In this document: piece by piece, positions 18,394 to 27,232 of the stretch
Layout: the number at the start of each line of letters is the position of its first letter
Numbering within the stretch: the first letter of the stretch is position 1
Source of the DNA: Candidatus Sulfopaludibacter sp. SbA3
Lineage (GTDB): Bacteria > Acidobacteriota > Terriglobia > Bryobacterales > Bryobacteraceae
NCBI GenBank assembly: GCA_945893365.1
Contig: CAMDED010000018.1
Coordinates: 3,359 to 67,358, forward strand
Reading direction: 5' to 3'
Length of the DNA: 64,000 nt
Made by a program: the position numbers and the translations under genes
Notes under the pieces: generated by a model
What the model was told of the DNA's origin: nothing
Seen by the model: only the letters and a program-made list of their open reading frames with translations
The model's database searches: none

Positions 18394-18448
18394 GACTTAG
18401 CGCTCGCCGGGAAATAGCTGTTCCAAACTTGTCGATGGAACTGTGGTG

Positions 18449-18520
18449 GAGCAGGCCATCGTCTCTTGTGGCCTGCTATGTGCGGGGTAGAAGGCGGGCG
18501 GCAAGAGACGATCGCCTGCC
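18449..18520. repeat. Composite inverted-repeat / stem-loop element (family shared with 49369-49396)
   Basis: A local hairpin AGCAGGCCA-tcgtctcttg-TGGCCTGCT lies at 18450-18477. In addition, 18451-18468 is complementary at 17 of 18 positions to 18502-19 (CAAGAGACGATCGCCTGC). Confidence 0.7.
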
Positions 18521-18561
18521 CCACCGGCTGCCAGCTGCAACATTTGTTTCATTCCATGTCC

Positions 18562-19584
18562 TTAGTTCCCCACATACTTTGCATAGAGGCTGCGCGCCAC
18601 GCCAGCGTCTGTTGTGCCTTTGATGATCGCCCGGCCGTCCGGAAAAATCGTCATCTCGTATGGCGCGGGGAAAAAACGCAGCGCGAAATCGTTTGTGCGC
18701 ACTTCGGCGAGCGCGGAGAGCGTGATCGCGAGCGCGGCGAGATCGAGCGGCCGGCGGCGTTCGTGAATTTGCACGGCGTTGCGGCCGCAGAGACTGATCG
18801 GCGCGCGCCGCTCGCCCTCGAGGAACGCGAACTCGCGCCGTCCGCAAGCGGGGCAATCCGGGTCGGGCGGCGGCATCGCGATCTCACGCAAGCCGCCCTG
18901 CCACATATCGAGAGTGGCGATTCGCGCCCGCACCGGTTCGGCCGCGCCGGCAAGGATCTTGAGCGCATCGGAAACCTGCAATGCGGCGACAGCGGCGGTC
19001 ACCGTATTCAGCACGCCCGCGGTTTCGCAGGTCGGCTGCGCGCCCGGCGGCGGCTCGGGATACACGCATCGGAAACACGCGCTGCGCCCTGGCATCACAG
19101 GCATCGTGATTCCGTAAGAACCCACCGCCGCGCCATAGATCCACGGAACGCCATGCTTCACCGCGTAGTCGTTTATCAGGTATCGCGTCTCGAAATTGTC
19201 AGTCGCATCGAGAATCAGCGCGGCGCCCTCGAACCATTCCTCCACGTTCGACGGATCGAGATCGGCCACAACGCCACGCACCTCGATTCCCGAGTTGATC
19301 GCTCGCAAACGCCGCTCCGCCGCCACGGCTTTTGGAAGCCCCTCGGCCGCGTCGGCCTCCTCGAACAGCCATTGCCGCTGAAGATTACTCGGCTCGATGT
19401 AGTCGCGATCGACAATCGTCAGCGTTCCCACTCCCGCCCTTGCCAGCGCCGCGGCTTGAAAAGTCCCCAACGCGCCGCAACCCGCTATCACGGCGTGCGA
19501 GGCGAGCAGCCGCTCCTGCCCCGCTTCGCCGATTCCGGAAAATAGAATCTGGCGCGAGTAGCGTTCACGGTCCGAGGTAGTCAT
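18562..19584 (-). CDS. ThiF/MoeB/HesA-family E1-like adenylyltransferase
   Basis: RYSRQILF and a GCGALG nucleotide loop are present. The two CxxC pairs (CFRC, CPAC) and a C-terminal extension resemble the ~340-aa Bacillus-type ThiF/MoeB. Confidence 0.85.
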   Translation of the reverse strand: MTTSDRERYSRQILFSGIGEAGQERLLASHAVIAGCGALGTFQAAALARAGVGTLTIVDRDYIEPSNLQRQWLFEEADAAEGLPKAVAAERRLRAINSGIEVRGVVADLDPSNVEEWFEGAALILDATDNFETRYLINDYAVKHGVPWIYGAAVGSYGITMPVMPGRSACFRCVYPEPPPGAQPTCETAGVLNTVTAAVAALQVSDALKILAGAAEPVRARIATLDMWQGGLREIAMPPPDPDCPACGRREFAFLEGERRAPISLCGRNAVQIHERRRPLDLAALAITLSALAEVRTNDFALRFFPAPYEMTIFPDGRAIIKGTTDAGVARSLYAKYVGN

Positions 19585-19641
19585 CCGTTCCCGCAGGATA
19601 CTACAGCGCGCCCTGGCGAAGCGCGTGGTAAAATCTGTGCC

Positions 19642-20637
19642 ATGTCATTGAGTCTGTCGGCGAAGCTGGCTGCCATGCTATTCTTTGGAGGCATAATGGC
19701 GGCGAACGCGCAAGGCGTGGGAAAGGTCGCGAAGACGGACGCCGCGCTCGACCAGATCGTACCCGCGGGCGCCGCGATCGAGAAACTCGCGGGCGGCTTC
19801 GGTTTCACCGAGGGCCCTATCTGGATCCGCGAAGGAGCGTTGCTGTTCAGCGACATTCCGAACAACGTCATCAACAAGTGGACGGCGGACGGCAAAGTGG
19901 TCCCCTTCCGCAAGCCAAGCGGGTATGACAAAACCGACGCACCGGCCGGCGCTTTCATCGGCTCGAACGGCCTAACTATGGACAAGCAGGGCCGTATCAT
20001 CATCTGCGAACACGGCAACGGCCGCGTCACGCGCCTCGAAAAAGACGGCAAGCTCACCGTGCTCGCCGACAAATTCGAAGGCAAGCGCCTCAACAGCCCC
20101 AATGACGCGGTGTACAAGTCGGACGGCGCGCTTTACTTCACGGACCCGCCGTATGGATTTGTGAAACTCGATGACGATCCGAAGAAAGAGCTGAAGTTCA
20201 ACGGCGTCTACCGGCTCGCCGGAGGCAAGCTGCAATTGCTCTACAAGGATCTCACCCGTCCGAACGGCCTCGCGTTTTCGCCGGACGAAAAGATCCTCTA
20301 CGTTTCGAATTCCGACGAGAAACGCAAGGTTTGGATGCGCTTCGACGTCTTGCCGGACGGCGCCATCCGAAACGGCAAGGTTTTCTTTGACGCAACGACG
20401 GAAACCGCGGACGGCCTGCCCGACGGTTTGAAAGTCGATAGCAAAGGCAATCTGTACTGCACCGGACCGGGCGGCGTCTGGATTTTCTCGCCCGCCGGCA
20501 AACACCTTGGGACGATCCAGCCGCCGGAAACGCCCGCCAATTGCCATTGGGGCGATAAGGACGCGAAGACCCTCTACATGACGGCGCGCACCGGACTCTA
20601 CCGGATCAAGCTGAACATCGCAGGCATCCGTCCGTGA
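19642..20637 (+). CDS. Secreted SMP-30/gluconolactonase/LRE-family protein
   Basis: Signal peptide, then FTEGPIW, NDAVYKSDGALYFTDP, RPNGLAFSPDEK and PDGLKVDSKGNLY. Confidence 0.8.
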   Translation: MSLSLSAKLAAMLFFGGIMAANAQGVGKVAKTDAALDQIVPAGAAIEKLAGGFGFTEGPIWIREGALLFSDIPNNVINKWTADGKVVPFRKPSGYDKTDAPAGAFIGSNGLTMDKQGRIIICEHGNGRVTRLEKDGKLTVLADKFEGKRLNSPNDAVYKSDGALYFTDPPYGFVKLDDDPKKELKFNGVYRLAGGKLQLLYKDLTRPNGLAFSPDEKILYVSNSDEKRKVWMRFDVLPDGAIRNGKVFFDATTETADGLPDGLKVDSKGNLYCTGPGGVWIFSPAGKHLGTIQPPETPANCHWGDKDAKTLYMTARTGLYRIKLNIAGIRP

Positions 20638-20641
20638 AGCC

Positions 20642-21814
20642 ATGCGAAGGCTGCTGCTCCTTCTTTCCGTCCTCTCGTCCGCGGCCCGTTCGGAAGCGCC
20701 TTTCCACAGCGCCGAACTGATTTTTCCCCTGGAGCGCTGGCACAACCATTCCTCGGCGATCGTCGAACTGCCCAATGGCGACCTCCTGGTCTGCTGGTAC
20801 AACGGTTCCGGCGAGCGCACGGCGGACGACGTGAAAGTGGAAGGGGCGCGGCTCCCGAAGGGCTCGAAGACATGGAAGCCGCGCTACACTCTGGCCGATA
20901 CGCCCGGATTTCCGGACACCAATCCCACCCTCTTCGTCGATTCGAAAAAGCGCCTCTGGCTCCTCTGGCCGGTTGTGCTCGCGAACGAATGGCACACGTC
21001 TCTGATGAAGTACCGCATCTCCTCGGACTATCTGAAAAAGGACGCGCCGCCGATGTGGGCGGAAAGCGAAACCATGCTCTTCATCCCTCGCAATTTCGCC
21101 GGAAAGGTGAAAGACGTGGTGAGCGCATGGCCGCCAACGGACTTCACCAGGCGCCTGCTGGAACGCGGCGCGGACAAGTACTTTTCGCGCATGGGCTGGA
21201 TGACGCGCGCGCACCCGGTGGAATTGCCGTCCGGCCGAATCATCGTACCGCTCTATTCGGACGGCTATTCGTTCTCCCTGATGGCGTTCACCGATGACGG
21301 CGGCAAGACGTGGCAGTCGAGCGAACCGCTCGTGAGCCGCGGCGGCATTCAGCCCACCATCGTCCGCAAGAAGGACGGAACTCTCGTCACCTACATGCGG
21401 GACAACGGCCCCGCGCCGAAGCGCCTCCACACCGGTTATTCGAAGGATGACGGCGTCACCTGGTCCCCGGTCGTCGACTCGACGATACCGAACCCCGGCT
21501 CAGGCATGGAGGCCATCGTACTCGCGGACGGCACGTGGGCGATGATCTACAACGATCTCGAGAAGGGCCGCCATTCGCTCGCCGTTTCGCTATCGGACGA
21601 CGAGGGCGCGACCTGGAAATGGACGCGGCATCTCGAACTCGACCCGCGCGGCGCGGGCGCCGGCTCGTTCCACTATCCGTCCCTCATTCAGGCGCGCGAC
21701 GGCAGCCTGCACGCGTCCTACAGCTATTTTCTGAATCATCTTCCCGCCAACGCGGATCGAAAGTCGATCAAACACGCACACTTCAACGTCGAGTGGATCA
21801 AGCAAGGGGAATGA
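20642..21814 (+). CDS. BNR/Asp-box repeat glycoside hydrolase (sialidase-like)
   Basis: Signal peptide plus three Asp-boxes of the form S/T-x-D-x-G-x-T-W (TDDGGKTW, SKDDGVTW, SDDEGATW). Confidence 0.75.
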   Translation: MRRLLLLLSVLSSAARSEAPFHSAELIFPLERWHNHSSAIVELPNGDLLVCWYNGSGERTADDVKVEGARLPKGSKTWKPRYTLADTPGFPDTNPTLFVDSKKRLWLLWPVVLANEWHTSLMKYRISSDYLKKDAPPMWAESETMLFIPRNFAGKVKDVVSAWPPTDFTRRLLERGADKYFSRMGWMTRAHPVELPSGRIIVPLYSDGYSFSLMAFTDDGGKTWQSSEPLVSRGGIQPTIVRKKDGTLVTYMRDNGPAPKRLHTGYSKDDGVTWSPVVDSTIPNPGSGMEAIVLADGTWAMIYNDLEKGRHSLAVSLSDDEGATWKWTRHLELDPRGAGAGSFHYPSLIQARDGSLHASYSYFLNHLPANADRKSIKHAHFNVEWIKQGE

Positions 21815-21818
21815 CAAG

Positions 21819-23243
21819 ATGACGCCATGGATCGCGCTCGCCGCCGCTCTCGCGCTGCCTCACCATGAGGAGATCGCGCCGGGCGTGCACGCCGCCGGGT
21901 TCTCCGCCAAATATCGCGACTCAAACAGCGGCTGGATCGCGATGAAGAACGACACTCTTCTGATCGACCTGCCTCGCGGCATTTCCGCTGCCGAGTATCT
22001 GACGGTTGTCGAGAAATCCACGGGAAAGCCGGCCCGGCGGCTGATTTTGACGGGCGCGGGAGCGAACGGCGAAGCGGGCGGTGGCGCCGCCGATGCCTCC
22101 GTCCATCAAACGCTGCTCGCCGCGTTCAAGGCGCGTGGAATCGAGACGATAACCGCCGCCGAGGGCGTCCGGTATCTGCCGTTCCCGGGCGGCGCGGCAG
22201 TATTTCATACACAAACGAAGACGCTCTTCGGTGGACCGTTCGTCGTGCACGGTCCGCGCAAGGGCCTCGCGAAGACGGACACGGCGTCGCTCGCGGCGAC
22301 TCTACGCAAGCTCGAAGAACTCTCGCCGGCGCACGTCGTGCCGGGCTTCGGAACGTGGGGCGGCCCGCGGGTTCTGACTCGGCATCGCAAGTTCGTCGAA
22401 GAGTTGCGCCGTCAGGTTGCTTACTTCGTCTGCCAGGATAAGCCGCACGACAGTCTACAGAAGGAAATCGCGATGCCGGCCGAATATCAGGCCTGGATGC
22501 CCTACGACAATCCGCAGCCGGATGAGATCGAACACGTCTACCGCGAGCTTACCGTGCCGGCCGCGCCGTTCAACGGCCGCGCACCCGTGCCGGGAGACCG
22601 CAAGACGCACGCGCTTGTCCTCATAGGCGACCTCCCGCACGAACCCGGGCATCTTGAAGAGGGCTTGCGCCCGGTGTTTGAAGCGACCGGCGTCGAGGCG
22701 CATTTTACCGTGGACATCCGCGCGCTCAGCGCGGAGAATCTGGCGAAGGTGCAATTGCTCGTAATCCTGCGCGACGGCCTGATGCGCCCGAATACGACGT
22801 GGATGACTCCCGCACAGGAGCGCGCCATTGTGGACTTCGTCGAAGGCGGCAAGGCGTTTCTGAATCTTCACAACTCGATGGGCCTCTATCCCGCGGGCGG
22901 TCCCTACCTGAATCTGGTGGGCGGACGTTACATCGGCCACGGCCCGCTCGAACGGTTCCGCGTCGAAGTCGTCGACCCGAATCATCCCATCACGCGCGGG
23001 GTCGCGGATTTCTTCGCCGCCGACGAGCAGCACACGCCGCCCTACGACGAGAAGAAAGTCCACTTGCTGCTGCGGAACCGATCGGACGAGGGGAAGTCCG
23101 TTGCGGCTGCCGGATGGGCGTACGAGCCGGGTAAGGGCCGCTTGTGCCATCTGGCCAACGGGCACACGCGCGACGCGCTCCATCATCCGATGAATCAGTT
23201 GCTGATGCGCAACGCGGTAAACTGGTGTTTGCGCCGCGAGTAA
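21819..23243 (+). CDS. Fusion protein: degenerate metallo-beta-lactamase-fold domain + ThuA-like domain
   Basis: The N-terminal half follows the MBL pattern, but HxHxDH is replaced by TGAGANGE and PGHG by PGFG. The C-terminal half is ThuA-like (ALVLIGDLPHEPGH ... FLNLHNS ... GHGP). Confidence 0.6.
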   Translation: MTPWIALAAALALPHHEEIAPGVHAAGFSAKYRDSNSGWIAMKNDTLLIDLPRGISAAEYLTVVEKSTGKPARRLILTGAGANGEAGGGAADASVHQTLLAAFKARGIETITAAEGVRYLPFPGGAAVFHTQTKTLFGGPFVVHGPRKGLAKTDTASLAATLRKLEELSPAHVVPGFGTWGGPRVLTRHRKFVEELRRQVAYFVCQDKPHDSLQKEIAMPAEYQAWMPYDNPQPDEIEHVYRELTVPAAPFNGRAPVPGDRKTHALVLIGDLPHEPGHLEEGLRPVFEATGVEAHFTVDIRALSAENLAKVQLLVILRDGLMRPNTTWMTPAQERAIVDFVEGGKAFLNLHNSMGLYPAGGPYLNLVGGRYIGHGPLERFRVEVVDPNHPITRGVADFFAADEQHTPPYDEKKVHLLLRNRSDEGKSVAAAGWAYEPGKGRLCHLANGHTRDALHHPMNQLLMRNAVNWCLRRE

Positions 23244-23246
23244 CCG

Positions 23247-23912
23247 ATGAAATTTCCGCTATACCTCTGCGCCGTGTCTTTGTTCGCCGCCGGGACAACG
23301 CCCAAACCGGGCGCCGCCGGCTATCCGGCACACGCTGCCTCGCTCGGCGCGGAGTACCTTGTCCGCAGCATTTTCGCCGGCGGCCAATCGTTCGTCACCG
23401 CGGACTATCTTGTCGTTGAAGTCGCAGTCTATCCGCCGAAGGGTGAGCAGGCCGTCGTTTCAAGCGGCGATTTCACGCTCCGCATCAACGGAGCCAAGCA
23501 TCCGATTTTCGCGCAGCCGCCCGGTTTCGTCGCGGCGTCGTTGAAATACGACGACTGGACGCAAAGACCCACGCTCGTGGGAACGGCGGGAGTGGGAGAT
23601 GTGGATGTCGTCCTCGGACGCCAGCGCCGGAGCGAGCGTTTTCCCGGCGACGGCTCGCAGCAGACGCGTTTGCCCAACCCTCCGCGCGCGCCCGATGCGG
23701 ACGGCCGAAGCGGCCAGGACAACGCCCCGTCCATGCGCCCTGAAGAGGCCGTAACCGAGTACGCGCTGCCGGAGGGTTCCTCCTCGGGCGCAGTGAGCGG
23801 CTACCTCTACTTCGCCTTCAAAGGAAAACCGAAATCCATCCGTTCGCTGGAATTGATCTACAAAGGCAAGCAGGGCGCCGTGACGCTTCCGTTGCTCCCG
23901 TCGGCCCGTTAG
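23247..23912 (+). CDS. Hypothetical secreted protein
   Basis: Signal peptide MKFPLYLCAVSLFAAG. It is tightly packed after the preceding gene (3-nt gap). I recognise no family. Confidence 0.5.
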   Translation: MKFPLYLCAVSLFAAGTTPKPGAAGYPAHAASLGAEYLVRSIFAGGQSFVTADYLVVEVAVYPPKGEQAVVSSGDFTLRINGAKHPIFAQPPGFVAASLKYDDWTQRPTLVGTAGVGDVDVVLGRQRRSERFPGDGSQQTRLPNPPRAPDADGRSGQDNAPSMRPEEAVTEYALPEGSSSGAVSGYLYFAFKGKPKSIRSLELIYKGKQGAVTLPLLPSAR

Positions 23913-24149
23913 TTAGGACAGGAAGTCCTGAGGTCCGAGGAAAGCTGGGGGGCCGCACGCACCCAGGCCGTAGCCCTTCAAAACGGAGGGCGCCAGAAAA
24001 CCAAAGAATGCACGGAATGTTTGGGCCTCCCGACTCACAACAAGTCAGTCAGGTCGTCCTAAGACACCGCGATTGTCGGCGTCGAATCGACGCACAGCCA
24101 GCGAGTGGAGGTATGATTAGACACTGAGAAGTGGCGTTGTTGAGAAGGG

Positions 24150-24797
24150 TTGGATGCCGGAGATCTTGCCATGACTGCTGCGCCGAAATCGCCCATCGAG
24201 CCGACGCTCCAAGCATTGATGGCCGTTCTGTTTTCCGGGTCGATGACGGCGCTTGTGCTTTGCTTCTTGGCTGTACCTATTCTCGGAGCCGGGAAGAGTG
24301 CAAAGGATCACTTCCGCGACGGAGAGCGCCTGCTCAAGGCAGATAATGCAATCGCGGCTTACGAATCCATTGCACAAGCGGCCAAGCTCGATCCGCGGAA
24401 CAAAAAGTACCAGGAAGCCCTATCCGAGTGCGGACGAAAGGCTTCGGCCGTCTCCCTGACCACCGAGTGTCTGCCCTTGGCAGTCGAGCGGTCGCCAACC
24501 ATCAAAATCGCTGATGAGGTCTACGCGGTGGGAAATCCGCTTGGGCTCACGGGAACAGTGACCAAGGGGATTATTAGCAGTGTTCGAGCGCTCCCCGGCA
24601 ACATCCAGCTTTTTCAGATCGATGCAGCTCTGAACCCAGGCAACAGCGGTGGCCCCTTGATTGATAGACGGGGACGGGTAGTAGGAATCAACACTTTCAA
24701 GTTGAAGGGCTTTGAGGGGTTGAATTTTGCAGTGTCCACCGCAGAGGTTTTTAAGGTCTTCGGCGCTTCGCTTGGGAAAGGAGGCACCGCTCCATGA
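24150..24797 (+). CDS. Membrane-anchored protein carrying only the C-terminal (Ser) half of a trypsin-like S1C/HtrA protease domain
   Basis: A TM helix and a TPR-like helix pair are followed by VYAVGNPLGLTGTVTKGIISS ... IDAALNPGNSGGPLIDRRGRVVGINTF. The segments that would supply the catalytic His and Asp are absent. An alternative start exists at 24171. Confidence 0.6.
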   Translation: MDAGDLAMTAAPKSPIEPTLQALMAVLFSGSMTALVLCFLAVPILGAGKSAKDHFRDGERLLKADNAIAAYESIAQAAKLDPRNKKYQEALSECGRKASAVSLTTECLPLAVERSPTIKIADEVYAVGNPLGLTGTVTKGIISSVRALPGNIQLFQIDAALNPGNSGGPLIDRRGRVVGINTFKLKGFEGLNFAVSTAEVFKVFGASLGKGGTAP

Positions 24798-25390
24798 CAG
24801 TGGCTGTGCTCGGATGGGGATCGTTAATCTGGTGTCCAGGTATTCTGAGAATCACGACGCGATGGCAGTCAGACGGTCCGAGCCTTCCAATCGAGTTTGC
24901 TCGAATCTCGGAGGACGGACGACTGACCTTGGTAATCCAGCCAAGTGCCGAGAATCAGACAGTGTACTGGGCTGTCAGCGAATTCGGGGAAGTCGCCAAG
25001 GCTCGCTGCAATCTGCAGGCGCGAGAAGGTACCATACCCCGGCACGTTCACTACCTCGCTACGGACGGCACGTGTGCGAAAGACGTGCTCGAACAAGTAC
25101 GTGAGAGCGTTCAAGTTTGGCTTAGAGTTCACGAAGACGTCGGCGCTGTCATCTGGACTGGATTGCCCACGAACTGGCCCAATAAGAGAGGATGTGATTT
25201 CACTCCCGAGGATGCCGTTCGCTATCTGGAGGAACTGGAGTCTGACAGAAACCGTGCGGTGAGTACCTTTGTTCGGGCGCAGGAGTATGTCAAGAACACG
25301 CCGCCACAAATCAAAACAAAAGTACGGCGCGCCATGCAGGAGCGAGACTGGCAAGACAACGAGGTATCCAGAATTCTATTCGAAGAGTGA
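24794..25390 (+). CDS. ChaC/gamma-glutamylcyclotransferase-like fold protein (tentative)
   Basis: The start overlaps the upstream stop (ATGA). It has an N-terminal VLGWGSLIW (compare ChaC GYGSLIW), IEFARISEDGRLTLVI, and an RE(G) about 65 aa downstream, as in ChaC. The C-terminal half is not recognised. Confidence 0.4.
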   Translation: MTVAVLGWGSLIWCPGILRITTRWQSDGPSLPIEFARISEDGRLTLVIQPSAENQTVYWAVSEFGEVAKARCNLQAREGTIPRHVHYLATDGTCAKDVLEQVRESVQVWLRVHEDVGAVIWTGLPTNWPNKRGCDFTPEDAVRYLEELESDRNRAVSTFVRAQEYVKNTPPQIKTKVRRAMQERDWQDNEVSRILFEE

Positions 25391-25446
25391 CGAGCCTGCA
25401 GCACCGAATGGATTCCAAACCATTGCTTTCGGCTCCCGTTAAGGCC

Positions 25447-26088
25447 CTACTCGAATCCAATCGCTCCCGCGTTGCCCCACAACACGGCCATCTGCACGAG
25501 CAGCGCCAACGACATCAGCGATACCCCCCATTTGATCACGCCGTGCTGACGCAAGCCCCAAAGCAAGTGCACGCCGGCGACTGCGTAGGACACGCCGGTG
25601 ACCGCGCGCGCCATACCCCAGCCACCGCCAATTCCATGAGCCAGAAACAGCGGACTCAACAGAAGGCACACCACTCCAAGCAAACCCCACTTGATCAGCG
25701 CCGGGGTCCGCGTCGCGCGAGCAACTTCATCACTCGCCTCGCCCGCGATCGTTCGCAGGATGCCGACGTTCTCCGCCACGTCGGCCATCGCCGCGCACCA
25801 GGCAAGAACGCATACCACTATCCCGTACGCGCCTCCGGCCAGCAGGCCCAGCGTAAAGAACGCGCCGCCGTAACAGAGAATGAACGCGAAGTCCGCAAGG
25901 GTATTCACTTTCAAGGTGTGCGCAAATTCCGCGCGCGCGGCGCCCGAGCCGTACACCGCCTCGATATCCTTCGCGTTCCGCACCAGCTCCGCCGCCAGGA
26001 CGTCCCCTCCCTTCGGCCGCAGCAGGCTCATCGTCAACCCCATCGCGACGGTGGCCACGTTGAACGAAAACGCCAGATCACGTTCCAT
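25447..26088 (-). CDS. Hypothetical polytopic membrane protein
   Basis: About six hydrophobic helices. A spurious 281-aa ORF lies on the opposite strand. Confidence 0.55.
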   Translation of the reverse strand: MERDLAFSFNVATVAMGLTMSLLRPKGGDVLAAELVRNAKDIEAVYGSGAARAEFAHTLKVNTLADFAFILCYGGAFFTLGLLAGGAYGIVVCVLAWCAAMADVAENVGILRTIAGEASDEVARATRTPALIKWGLLGVVCLLLSPLFLAHGIGGGWGMARAVTGVSYAVAGVHLLWGLRQHGVIKWGVSLMSLALLVQMAVLWGNAGAIGFE

Positions 26089-26242
26089 AGCGCCCTCAAG
26101 AATAGCACCTGCACGGACGGCCCGCGAATCTACCGGCGAACTCCCGCGTCAGGCCGGTCCAACTTCGCCCATGTATCCCCGCCTCGGCGCCGCCCCAAAC
26201 CACGGTGCGAATGCGGACCTCCGGCTGTATAATGCATTCTGC

Positions 26243-27229
26243 ATGGCAGCGCTCATCGAGCCCGCACGCTCCACGCACGCACCCCAACTGCGCGACTTGC
26301 GCAGCATGGAATCCTCCAGCCTCGACGCACTGCTCGAGGAGGAAGTGGGCGCCTGGCGCCGCGATATCCATTGGGACTTCCATCCCTCCGCCGATCTCGT
26401 GCGGCGATTCGTCGGCATGCAGGCTCTCCAAGGCTTCGCCCTCATCCAGGGTTCGAGAACGATCGGCTACTGCTACTACATCACCGAAGAAAACAAAGGC
26501 CTCATCGGCGATCTTTATGTCGCCGGCGATTCGCGCAGCGAGGAGAACGAGAATCTGCTTCTCGAGGCCGTGCTCGCCGCCATGATCGACAGCCGCTCCG
26601 TCCGCCGCGTTGAATGCCAGCTCATGATGACGCCTTCAAGTCCGGAGCGGCGCTTCCCCTTCCCCCAGTTTCTCTCCCTGTTCGACCGCAAGTTCATGAT
26701 GCGCGACCTCAAAGCCACCCCCCCGCTCGCGCCCGGCCGCGGACGCCATCGCGTCTGGTTCGAAAACTGGACCGACCGCCATCAGGAACCCGCGTCCCGG
26801 CTCATCGCCGCCTCCTACTCGAGCCACATCGATAGCCGCATCAACGACCAGTACCGCTCCGGCGCCGGAGCCCGGCGTTTCCTCTACAACATCGTCCAGT
26901 ATCCAGGCTGCGGCGCCTTTTTCCGGCCCGCATCCTACGCCGCTTTCGATAATGAAACCGGCCAGATGGCGGGCGTCGTGCTCACCAGTCTCGTGGCGTC
27001 CGACGCCGGTCACATCACGCAACTGTGCGTCTCGAATTCGGTGCGCGGCGCAGGCGTCGGCTTTGAGCTGCTGCGCAAGTCGCTCGAATCCTTCGCCGGG
27101 CATGGATGCGGCGCCGCCGGCCTCACCGTCACGTCCGCCAACCACGGCGCCGTCCGCCTCTACGAAAACACCGGCTTCGCCGTCATCCGCAAATTCACCG
27201 CCTGCGTCTGGGAAGGCTTTCGGGGGTAG
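26243..27229 (+). CDS. GNAT-family N-acetyltransferase (two acetyltransferase-like halves)
   Basis: The C-terminal GNAT core reads ITQLCVSNSVRGAGVGFELL ... AVRLYENTGF. An alternative in-frame ATG exists at 26171. Confidence 0.7.
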   Translation: MAALIEPARSTHAPQLRDLRSMESSSLDALLEEEVGAWRRDIHWDFHPSADLVRRFVGMQALQGFALIQGSRTIGYCYYITEENKGLIGDLYVAGDSRSEENENLLLEAVLAAMIDSRSVRRVECQLMMTPSSPERRFPFPQFLSLFDRKFMMRDLKATPPLAPGRGRHRVWFENWTDRHQEPASRLIAASYSSHIDSRINDQYRSGAGARRFLYNIVQYPGCGAFFRPASYAAFDNETGQMAGVVLTSLVASDAGHITQLCVSNSVRGAGVGFELLRKSLESFAGHGCGAAGLTVTSANHGAVRLYENTGFAVIRKFTACVWEGFRG

Positions 27230-27232
27230 CTT

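Noticed and set aside
25387-26232. 281-aa plus-strand ORF
   Set aside because: It is basic, low-complexity sequence antisense to a well-formed six-TM membrane protein, so it is a shadow ORF.
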